This document shows positions 1 through 13,099 of a stretch of 64,000 bases of DNA, one piece after another. The notes below the pieces were generated by a model that saw nothing but the letters and a program-made list of their open reading frames with translations, was not told the DNA's origin and ran no database searches. This DNA comes from the human T2T-CHM13v2.0 reference genome, Homo sapiens, in assembly GCF_009914755.1 (NCBI RefSeq), contig NC_060940.1. One strand, 5' to 3'. A program made the translations under genes and the position numbers. The number at the start of each line of letters is the position of its first letter. Positions within the stretch are counted from its first letter, which is position 1.

Positions 1-3000
1 CGATTCCATTCTATGATGATTCCATTCGAGTCCATTTGATGATTCCATTCAATTCAAGTCAATGATGATTCCATTCGATTCCATTCGATGATTCCATTGG
101 ATTCCATTCGATGATGATTCCATTCAAATCCATTCGATAATTCAATTCAAGTCCATTCGATGATGATTCCAATCGAATCCATTCAAAGATTCCATTCAGT
201 TCCATTCGATGATTCCCTTAGATTCCATTCGATGATTCCACTTGATTGCATTTACGATGATTCCATTCGATTCCATGTGATGATTCCATTCAATTCTATT
301 CAATGATGTCTCCATTTGATTCCATTCGACCATGATTGCCTTTGATTCCATTCAATGATTCCATTCGGTTCCGTTTGATGATGATTCCGTTCGATTCCAT
401 TTGATGATTCCATTTGATTCCATTGGATGAGTCCATTCGATTACATTCGATGATTATTCCATTCGAGTGCATTAGATGATTCCATTCGAGTCCATTCGAT
501 GATTCCATTCGATTCCATTCGATGTTGATTCTGTTCAAATCCATTCGATGATTCCACTCGATTCCATTCGTTGACTCCATTTGATCCCATCCGATGATTT
601 CCTTTGATTCCCTTTGATGATCATTCCATTTGATTCAATTCGGTGATTTCATTTGATTCCATTCAGTGATGTTTCCATTCGACTCCATTCGATGATGATT
701 CCATTCGACTCCATTCGATTATTATTTCATTCAATTCCATTCGATAATGATTCCCTTCGAGTCCATTCGATGATTCCATTCGATTCCATTCAACGATGAT
801 TTGATTCGTGTCCATTCGATGATTCCATTTGATTCCACTTGATGATGATTCCATTCGAGTCCATTTGATGATTCCATTCAATTCCATACTCCGATGATTT
901 CTTTTGAGCCCACTCAATGCTTCCACTCGATTCCATATGATGATGACTCCATTCGATGAAATTCGATGATGATTCCATTCGCTTGCTTTCGATGATGATT
1001 CCACTTGAGTCCGTTAGAAGATTCTATTCAATTACATTCCATGACGATTCCGTTCGAGTCCATTTGATGATTCCATTAGACTCCATTCGACGATGATTCC
1101 ATTCGATGTTATTCGATGATTCCATTCGATCTCATTCGATGATGATTCCATTCAACTCCATTCGATGTTTCCATTCGAGTTCATTCTATTATTCCATTAG
1201 ATTCCATTCGATGATGATTCCATTCGATTCCATTTGATGATTGCATTCTATTTCATTTGATGATGATTCCATTCGAGTCCACTCGATGATTCCATTCGAG
1301 TCCATTTAATGAATCCATTGGTTTCAATTCTATGATGATTACATTGGATTCCATTCGTTGATGATTTCATTCGGTTCCATTCAATGATGATTCCATTCAA
1401 TTCCTTTCAATGTTTCCATTCAATTCCATACCATGATGATTCCATTTGATTTGATTCGACAGTGAGCCATTCGATTCAATTCCATGATGATTCTATTTGA
1501 TTCAATTGGTTGACATTTCCATTCGATTCCATTCGATGATGATTCCCTTTGATTCCGTTCAACGATGATTCCATTCTAGCCCATTCAATCATTCCATTCG
1601 ATTCTATTCAATGATGATTCCATTCATGTCGATTTGGTGATTCCATTTGACTTCATTTGATGATGATTCCTTTCAAGTTCATTAGATGATTCCATTCGAT
1701 TCCATTTGATGATGATCCCATTCGAGTCCATTCAGTGATTCCATTCGTTTCCATTCCATGATGATTCCATTCCTTTCCATTCAATGATTCCATTCGATTC
1801 CGTTTGATGATGATTTCATTCGAGTCCATTTGATGATTCCATTTGATTCCATTCGATGATGATTCCATTCGAGTCCATTCGATGATTCTATTCGAATCCA
1901 TTTGATGATTTCTTTTGATTATATTTGGTGATGATTCCATTGGAGTCCATTCAATGATTCCATTCTATTCCAATCGATGATGATTCCATTAGAGTCCATT
2001 TAATGATTCCATTTGATTCCAGTCTCTGATGATTACATTCGAGTCCATACGATGATTCCACTCAATTCCATATGATGATGATTCCATTTGATTCCATTCG
2101 GTGATTCCATTCTATTCTATTCAATGGTGATTCCATTCGAGTACATTAGATGATTCCATTCGATTCCATTCAATGATGATTCTATTTGTGTCCCTTAGAT
2201 GATTCCACATGATTCCATTAGATGATGATACTATTTGAGCCCATCCAATGATTCCCTTCGATTCCATTCGATGAGGATTCCATTCGATTCAATTCATTGG
2301 TGATTCTATTCAATTCAATTCTTTGATTCCATTCCATTCCATTCGACAATGATTCCATTCGATTTCTTTCGATGATTCCACTCGATTCCACTTGACATTG
2401 ATTCCATTCGATTCCATTCAATGATTCCATTTGATTCCAGTGGATGATGATTGCCATCGATTCCATTCGATCACTCCATTCTATTCCATTTGATGATGAT
2501 TACATTCGATTCCATTTGATGATTCCATCTGATTCTATTCGAGGATTCCATTTGATTCCATTCGATGATGATTCCATTCGAGTCCATTCGATGATTTCAT
2601 TCGAGTACATCCAATGATTCCATTCGAGTCCATTAGATGATTCCATTTGATTCCATTTGAAAATGATTCTACTAGAGTCCATTCAATGACTCCATTCGAG
2701 TCCATTCAACAATTCCATTCGACTCCATTCGATGATTCCATTCGATTCCATTTGATGGTTCCATTCGAGTCCATTTAATCATTACAGTCGAGTCCATTTG
2801 GTGATTCCACTGGATTTCTTTTGATAATGATACCATTCAATTACATTTGATGATGATCCCATTCAATTTCATTTGATGATGATTCCATTAGAGTCCATTC
2901 CATGATTTCATTCGAGTCCCTTCATTGATTCCATCCGATTTCATTGGATGATGACTCCATTCGAGTCCATTCGATGATTCCACTCGATTCCATTAGATGA

Positions 3001-6000
3001 CTCCATTGGAGTCCATTTGATTGTTCCATTCGATTCCATTCGATTCCTTTCGAAGATTATTCCATTTGAGTCCATTCGATGATGATTCCATTCCATTCCA
3101 TTCGATGATTCCGTTTGATTCCATTCGATGATTCCCTTCGATTCCTTTCTTTGATGATTCCATTCCATTCCATTCAATGATTCCATTCGAATCTATTCCA
3201 TGATGATTCCTTTCGATTCCATTCGCTGATGTTTCCGTTCAATTCCATTCGATGATGATTCCATTCGATTCCATTCATTGAGGATTCCATTTGATTCCAT
3301 TCAATGATGATTCCATTCTATTCCATTCAATGATTGCATTCAATTCCATTCAATGATTATCCGATTAGAGTAAACTCAACGATTCCATTCAATACCATTC
3401 GATGATGATTCCTTTTGAGTCCATTCAATGATTTCATTCAAGTCCATTTGATGATTCCTTTCAATTCCATTCTATGATGATTCCATTCGAGTCCATTCGA
3501 TGATTTCATTCGATTGCATTCGATGATTCCATTATATTCCATTCAACGGTGATTCCATTCGAGTCCATTCCATGATTCCATTAGAGTACATTTAATGATT
3601 GCTTTGTTTTCAATTCGAAGATGATTACATTGGATTCCATTCTATGATACCATTCGATTCCATTCAATGATGATTCCACTCAAATCCATTGGATGATTCC
3701 ATTCGTGTCCATTCGGTGATTTCATTAGATTCCATTCGAGGATGATTCCATTCGATTCCATTCGATGATTCCATTCAATTCCATTCGATGATGATTCCAT
3801 TCCAGTCCATATGATCATTCCATTTGATTTCATTCGATGATGATTCCATTCGATTCGATTCGACGATTCCATTCTATTCCATTCGATGATGATTCCATTC
3901 GAGTCCATTCGATCATTCCATTCGAGTCCATTTAATGATTCCATTGGGTTCAATTCAATGATGATTACATTGGATTCCGTTCTATGATTCCATTCAATTC
4001 CGTTCATTGACAATTTGATTCCATTCGATGATGATTCCATTTGAGTTCATTCGATGATTCTATTCGATTCTCTTCGATGGTGATTCAATTCTATTATATT
4101 GGATGATTCCATTCGATTCCATTTGATGTTGATTCAATTCGATTCTATTCGATGATGATTCCATTGGATTTCACTTGATGATTCTATTCGATTCCATTCA
4201 ATGATGATTCACTTCTCGTCCATTGGATGATTCCATTTCATTCCATTCGATGATGATTCCATTCGATTCCATTCGATGATTCCATTTGATTCCATGCGAC
4301 GGTGAGCAATTCGATTCAATTCCATGATGATTCTATTTGATTCAATTAGATGATGTTTCCATTCGAATCCATTCCATGATTATTCCATTGGAATCCATTC
4401 GGCGATGATTCCATATGAGTCAATTCAATGATGATTCCATATGGGTCCGTTCGATGATAATTCCATTTGATTTCATTCGATGCTTCTATTCTATTCCAGT
4501 CGATGATGATTCCGTTGGAGTCCATACGATGATTCCATTTGATTTCATTTGATGATGATTCCATTCGATGATGATTACATTGGATTCCATTCTATGATTC
4601 CATTCAATTCCATTCGTTGATGATTCGATTCCATTCAATGATGATTCCATTTGAGTTCATTCGATGATTCTATTCGATTCCGTTCGATGGTGATTCAATT
4701 CTTTTATATTGGATGATTCCACTCGATTCCATTTGATGATTATTCCATTGGAGTCCACTTAGTGAATCCTTTAGATTCTACTCGACGATGATTCCATTCG
4801 AGTCCATTCGATGATACCATTCAATTCCATTCGTTGATGCTTCCATTCAAGTGCATTCGATGATATCATTTGATTCCATTTGATGATAATTCCATTTGAT
4901 TCCATGCGATGATTCTATTCGATTCCATTCAATGATAATTCCATTCAATTCAGTGATTCCTCTGGACTCCATTTGATGATGATTCCATTCAATGATTCCA
5001 TTCGATTCTATTCGAAAATGATTCCATTTGAATCCATTTGATGATGATTCCATTAGATTCCATTTGATGATTCCATTCGATTCCATTCGACGATGATTCC
5101 ATTCGATTCCGTTTGATGATTCCATTCCATTCTATTCGATGATGATTCCATTCGATTCCATTCGATGATGATTGGATTCGATTCCATTTGATGATTTCAT
5201 TTGATTCCATTCGTTAATGATTTCGATCAATTCCATTCGATGATTCCATTCGATTCCATTTGATAATGATTACATCCGAGTCCATTCGATGATTCCATTT
5301 GAGCCCGTTCGATAATTCCATTTGAGTCCAATCAATGATTCCAGTCATTTCCATTCAATGATTCCATTCGAGTCCATTTGATCATTCCGGTAGGGTCCAT
5401 TCGATGTTGATTCCATTGGAGTGCATTCGATGATTCCATTCGAGTCCATTTTAGGATTTGATTCGAGTCCTTTCGATGATTCCATTCGATTCCACTCGAT
5501 GATGATTTCATTCGAGTCCATTCGACACTTCCAATCGATTCCATTTGATGATTCCATTCGAGTCCAATTGATGATTCCATTCAATTCCATTCGATGATGA
5601 TTCCGTACGATTCCATTCTGTGATGATTCCATGTGATTGCATTCAATGATGATTCCTTTCGATTGCATTCGATTATGATTCATTTCGTGTTCATTCTATG
5701 GTTCCACAGGTTTCCATTCGTGTCCATTCCATTATTCCATTCTATTCCATTTGATGATGATTCCATTCGATTCCATTCATTGGTGATTCCACTCAATTCC
5801 ATTCAATGATTCCATTCCATTTCTTTCAACAATGATTCCATTAGTTTCTAATCGATGATCCACTTGATTCCATTTGACGACGATTCCATTCTTGTCCATT
5901 CGATGATTCCATTTGATTCCATATGATGATGATTCCATTCGATTCCATACCATGATGATTCCATTCGAGTCCATTCAATGGTGATTCCATTCAATTCCAT

Positions 6001-6112
6001 TCGATGATTCCTTTTGATTCCATTCGATGATGATGGCATTCGATTCCTTTCAATCATTCCCTTTGATTCCATTCAAAGGTGATTTCATTCAAGTCCATTC
6101 GATAATTGCATT
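1..6112 (+). repeat. 6.1-kb higher-order unit, copy 1 (6112 bp, phase set arbitrarily at window start)
   Basis: Sequence at 1 recurs at 6113. ORF markers recur at +6112 (296/6408, 663/6775, 2941/9053, 4847/10959). Confidence 0.95.
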
Positions 6113-9100
6113 CGATTCCATTCTATGATGATTCCATTCGAGTCCATTTGATGATTCCATTCAATTCAAGTCAATGATGATTCCATTCGATTCCATTCGA
6201 TGATTCCATTGGATTCCATTCGATGATGATTCCATTCAAATCCATTCGATAATTCAATTCAAGTCCATTCGATGATGATTCCAATCGAATCCATTCAAAG
6301 ATTCCATTCAGTTCCATTCGATGATTCCCTTAGATTCCATTCGATGATTCCACTTGATTGCATTTACGATGATTCCATTCGATTCCATGTGATGATTCCA
6401 TTCAATTCTATTCAATGATGTCTCCATTTGATTCCATTCGACCATGATTGCCTTTGATTCCATTCAATGATTCCATTCGGTTCCGTTTGATGATGATTCC
6501 GTTCGATTCCATTTGATGATTCCATTTGATTCCATTGGATGAGTCCATTCGATTACATTCGATGATTATTCCATTCGAGTGCATTAGATGATTCCATTCG
6601 AGTCCATTCGATGATTCCATTCGATTCCATTCGATGTTGATTCTGTTCAAATCCATTCGATGATTCCACTCGATTCCATTCGTTGACTCCATTTGATCCC
6701 ATTCGATGATTTCCTTTGATTCCCTTTGATGATCATTCCATTTGATTCAATTCGGTGATTTCATTTGATTCCATTCAGTGATGTTTCCATTCGACTCCAT
6801 TCGATGATGATTCCATTCGACTCCATTCGATTATGATTTCATTCAATTCCATTCGATAATGATTCCCTTCGAGTCCATTCGATGATTCCATTCGATTCCA
6901 TTCAACGATGATTTGATTCGTGTCCATTCGACGATTCCATTTGATTCCACTTGATGATGATTCCATTCGAGTCCATTTGATGATTCCATTCAATTCCATA
7001 CTCCGATGATTTCTTTTGAGCCCACTCAATGCTTCCACTCGATTCCATATGATGATGACTCCATTCGATGAAATTCGATGATGATTCCATTCGCTTGCTT
7101 TCGATGATGATTCCACTTGAGTCCGTTAGAAGATTCTATTCAATTACATTCCATGACGATTCCGTTCGAGTCCATTTGATGATTCCATTAGACTCCATTC
7201 GACGATGATTCCATTCGATGTTATTCGATGATTCCATTTGATCTCATTCGATGATGATTCCATTCAACTCCATTCGATGTTTCCATTCGAGTTCATTCTA
7301 TTATTCCATTAGATTCCATTCGATGATGATTCCATTCGATTCCATTTGATGATTGCATTCTATTTCATTTGATGATGATTCCATTCGAGTCCACTCGATG
7401 ATTCCATTCGAGTCCATTTAATGAATCCATTGGTTTCAATTCTATGATGATTACATTGGATTCCATTTGTTGATGATTTCATTCGGTTCCATTCAATGAT
7501 GATTCCATTCAATTCCTTTCAATGTTTCCATTCAATTCCATACGATGATGATTCCATTTGATTTGATTCGACACTGAGCCATTCGATTCAATTCCATGAT
7601 GATTCTATTTGATTCAATTGGTTGACATTTCCATTAGATTCCATTCGATGATGATTCCCTTTGATTCCGTTCAAAGATGATTCCATTCTAGCCCATTCAA
7701 TCATTCCATTCGATTCTATTCAATGATGATTCCATTCATGTCGATTTGGTGATTCCATTTGACTTCATTTGATGATGATTCCTTTCAAGTTCATTAGATG
7801 ATTCCATTCGATTCCATTTGATGATGATCCCATTCGAGTCCATTCAGTGATTCCATTCGTTTCCATTCCATGATGATTCCATTCCTTTCCATTCAATGAT
7901 TCCATTCGATTCCGTTTGATGATGATTTCATTCGAGTCCATTTGATGATTCCATTTGATTCCATTCGATGATGATTCCATTCGAGTCCATTCGATGATTC
8001 TATTCGAATCCATTTGATGATTTCTTTTGATTATATTTGGTGATGATTCCATTGGAGTCCATTCAATGATTCCATTCTATTCCAATCGATGATGATTCCA
8101 TTAGAGTCCATTTAATGATTCCATTTGATTCCAGTCTCTGATGATTACATTCGAGTCCATACGATGATTCCACTCAATTCCATATGATGATGATTCCATT
8201 TGATTCCATTCGGTGATTCCATTCTATTCTATTCAATGGTGATTCCATTCGAGTACATTAGATGATTCCATTCGATTCCATTCAATGATGATTCTATTTG
8301 TGTCCCTTAGATGATTCCACATGATTCCATTAGATGTTGATACTATTTGAGCCCATCCAATGATTCCCTTCGATTCCATTCGATGAGGATTCCATTCGAT
8401 TCAATTCATTGGTGATTCTATTCAATTCAATTCTTTGATTCCATTCCATTCCATTCGACAATGATTCCATTCGATTTCTTTCGATGATTCCACTCGATTC
8501 CACTTGACATTGATTCCATTCGATTCCATTCAATGATTCCATTTGATTCCAGTGGATGATGATTGCCATCGATTCCATTCGATCACTCCATTCTATTCCA
8601 TTTGATGATGATTACATTCGATTCCATTTGATGATTCCATCTGATTCTATTCGAGGATTCCATTTGATTCCATTCGATGATGATTCCATTCGAGTCCATT
8701 CGATGATTTCATTCGAGTACATCCAATGATTCCATTCGAGTCCATTAGATGATTCCATTTGATTCCATTTGAAAATGATTCTACTAGAGTCCATTCAATG
8801 ACTCCATTCGAGTCCATTCAACAATTCCATTCGACTCCATTCGATGATTCCATTCGATTCCATTTGATGGTTCCATTCGAGTCCATTTAATCATTACAGT
8901 CGAGTCCATTTGGTGATTCCACTGGATTTCTTTTGATAATGATACCATTCAATTACATTTGATGATGATCCCATTCAACTTCATTTGATGATGATTCCAT
9001 TAGAGTCCATTCGATGATTTCATTCGAGTCCCTTCATTGATTCCATCCGATTTCATTGGATGATGACTCCATTCGAGTCCATTCGATGATTCCACTCGAT

Positions 9101-12100
9101 TCCATTAGATGACTCCATTGGAGTCCATTTGATTGTTCCATTCGATTCCATTCGATTCCTTTCGAAGATTATTCCATTTGAGTCCATTCGATGATGATTC
9201 CATTCCATTCCATTCGATGATTCCGTTTGATTCCATTCGATGATTCCCTTCGATTCCTTTCTTTGATGATTCCATTCCATTCCATTCAATGATTCCATTC
9301 GAATCTATTCCATGATGATTCCTTTCGATTCCATTCGCTGATGTTTCCGTTCAATTCCATTCGATGATGATTCCATTCGATTCCATTCATTGAGGATTCC
9401 ATTTGATTCCATTCAATGATGATTCCGTTCTATTCCATTCAATGATTGCATTCAATTCCATTCAATGATTATCCCCTTAGAGTAAACTCAACGATTCCAT
9501 TCAATACCATTCGATGATGATTCCTTTTGAGTCCATTCAATGATTTCATTCAAGTCCATTTGATGATTCCTTTCAATTCCATTCTATGATGATTCCATTC
9601 GAGTCCATTCGATGATTCCATTCGATTGCATTCGATGATTCCATTATATTCCAGTCAACGGTGATTCCATTCGAGTCCATTCAATGATTGCATTAGAGTA
9701 CATTTAATGATTGCTTTGTTTTCAATTCGAAGATGATTACATTGGATTCCATTCTATGATACCATTCGATTCCATTCAATGATGATTCCACTCAAATCCA
9801 TTGGATGATTCCATTCGTGTCCATTCGGTGATTTCATTAGATTCCATTCGAGGATGATTCCATTCGATTCCATTCGATGATTCCATTCAATTCCATTCGA
9901 TGATGATTCCATTCCAGTCCATATGATCATTCCATTTGATTTCATTCGATGATGATTCCATTCGATTCCATTCGATGATTCCATTCTATTCCATTCGATG
10001 TTGATTCCATTCGAGTCCATTCGATGATTCCATTCGAGTCCATTTAATGATTCCATTGGGTTCAATTCAATGATGATTACATTGGATTCCGTTCTATGAT
10101 TCCATTCAATTCCGTTCATTGACAATTTGATTCCATTCGATGATGATTCCATTTGAGTTCATTCGATGATTCTATTCGATTCTCTTCGATGGTGATTCAA
10201 TTCTATTATATTGGATGATTCCATTCGATTCCATTTGATGTTGATTCAATTCGATTCTATTCGATGATGATTCCATTGGATTTCACTTGATGATTCTATT
10301 CGATTCCATTCAATGATGATTCACTTCTCGTCCATTGGATGATTCCATTTCATTCCATTCGATGATGATTCCATTCGATTCCATTCGATGATTCCATTTG
10401 ATTCCATGCGACGGTGAGCAATTCGATTCAATTCCATGATGATTCTATTTGATTCAATTAGATGATGTTTCCATTCGAGTCCATTCCATGATTATTCCAT
10501 TGGAATCCATTTGGCAATGATTCCATATGAGTCAATTCAATGATGATTCCATATGGGTCCGTTCGATGATAATTCCATTTGATTTCATTCGATGCTTCTA
10601 TTCTATTCCAGTCGATGATGATTCCGTTGGAGTCCATACAATGATTCCATTTGATTTCATTTGATGATGATTCCATTCGATGATGATTACATTGGATTCC
10701 ATTCTATGATTCCATTCAATTCCATTCGTTGATGATTCGATTCCATTCAATGATGATTCCATTTGAGTTCATTCGATGATTCTATTCGATTCCGTTCGAT
10801 GGTGATTCAATTCTCTTATATTGGATGATTCCACTCGATTCCATTTGATGATTATTCCATTGGAGTCCACTTAGTGAATCCTTTAGATTCTACTCGAAGA
10901 TGATTCCATTCGAGTCCATTCGATGATACCATTCAATTCCATTCGTTGATGCTTCCATTCAAGTGCATTCGATGATATCATTCGATTCCATTTGATGATA
11001 ATTCCATTTGATTCCATGCGATGATTCTATTCGATTCCATTCAATGATAATTCCATTCAATTCAGTGATTCCTCTGGACTCCATTTGATGATGATTCCAT
11101 TCAATGATTCCATTCGATTCTATTCCAAAATGATTCCATTTGAATCCATTTGATGATGATTCCATTCGATTCCATTCGACGATGATTCCATTCGATTCCA
11201 TTTGATGATTCCATTCTATTCTATTCGATGATGATTCCATTCGATTCTATTCGACGATGATTGGATTCGATTCCATTTGATGATTTCATTTGATTCCATT
11301 CGTTAATGATTTCGATCAACTCCATTCGATGATTCCATTTGATTCCATTCGATAATGATTACATCCGAGTCCATTCGATGATTCCATTTGAGCCCGTTCG
11401 ATAATTCCATTTGAGTCCAATCAATGATTCCATTCATTTCCATTCAATGATTCCATTCGAGTCCATTTGATCATTCTGGTAGGGTCCGTTCGATGTTGAT
11501 TCCATTGGAGTGCATTCGATGATTCCATTCGAGTCCATTTTAGGATTTGATTCGAGTCCTTTCGATGATTCCATTCGATTCCACTCGATGATGATTTCAT
11601 TCGAGTCCATTCGACACTTCCAAGCGATTCCATTTGATGTTTCCATTCGAGTCCAATTGATGATTCCATTCAATTCCATTCGATGATGATTCCGTACGAT
11701 TCCATTCTGTGATGATTCCATGTGATTGCATTCAATGATGATTCCTTTCGACTGCATTCGATTATGATTCATTTCGTGTTCATTCTATGGTTCCACAGGT
11801 TTCCATTCGATGACGTTTCCGTTCGTGTCCATTCCATTATTCCATTCTATTTCATTTGATGATGATTCCATTCGATTCCATTCATTGGTGATTCCACTCA
11901 ATTCCATTCAATGATTCCATTCCATTTCTTTCAACAATGATTCCATTAGTTTCTATTCGATGATCCACTTGATTCCATTTGGCGATGATTCCATTCGTGT
12001 CCATTCGATGATTCCATTTGATTCCATATGATGATGATTCCATTCGATTCCATACCATGATGATTCCATTCGAGTCCATTCAATGGTGATTCCATTCAAT

Positions 12101-12217
12101 TCCATTCGATGATTCCTTTTGATTCCATTCGATGATGATGGCATTCGATTCCTTTCAATCATTCCCTTTGATTCCATTCAAAGGTGATTTCATTCAAGTC
12201 CATTCGATAATTGCATT
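6113..12217 (+). repeat. 6.1-kb higher-order unit, copy 2 (6105 bp)
   Basis: Colinear with copy 1 apart from a 23-bp deletion near 11160 and a 16-bp extra segment (atgacgtttccgttcg) near 11810. The next unit start is at 12218. Confidence 0.95.
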
Positions 12218-13099
12218 CGATTCCATTCTATGATGATTCCATTCGAGTCCATTTGATGATTCCATTCAATTCAAGTCAATGATGATTCCATTCGATTCCA
12301 TTCGATGATTCCATTGGATTCCATTCGATGATGATTCCATTCAAATCCATTCGATAATTCAATTCAAGTCCATTCGATGATGATTCCAATCGAATCCATT
12401 CAAAGATTCCATTCAATTCCATTCGATGATGATTCCATTAGATTCCATTCGATGATTCCACTTGATTCCATTTACGATGATTCCATTCGATTCCATGTGA
12501 TGAATCCATTCAATTCTATTCAATGATGTTTCCATTTGATTCCATTGGACCATGATTGCCTTTGATTCCATTCAATGATTCCATTCGGTTCCATTTGATG
12601 ATGATTCCGTTCGATTCCATTTGATGATTCCATTTGATTCCATTGGATGAGTCCATTCGATTACATTCGATGATTATTCCATTCGAGTGCATTAGATGAT
12701 TGCATTCGAGTCCATTCGATGATTCCATTCGATTCCATTCGATGTTGATTCTGTTCAAATCCATTCGATGATTCCACTCGATTCCATTCGATGACTCCAT
12801 TTGATCCCATTCGATGATTTCCTGTGATTCCCTTTGATGATCATTCTATTTGATTCAATTCGGTGATTTCATTTCATTCCATTCAGTGATGTTTCCATTC
12901 GACTGTATTCGATGATGATTCCATTCGACTCCATTCGATTATGATTTCATTCAATTCCATTCAATAATGATTCCCTTCGAGTCCATTCGATGATTCCATT
13001 CGATTCCATTCAACGATGATTTGATTCGTTTCCATTCGATGATTCCATTTGATTCCACTTGATGATGATTCCATTCGAGTCCATTTGATGATTCCATTC
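12218..13099 (+). repeat. Truncated 6.1-kb unit (offsets ~1-879)
   Basis: Matches 1-879 with several private substitutions and +3 bp, then switches at ~13100 to sequence absent from the 6.1-kb unit. Confidence 0.88.
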
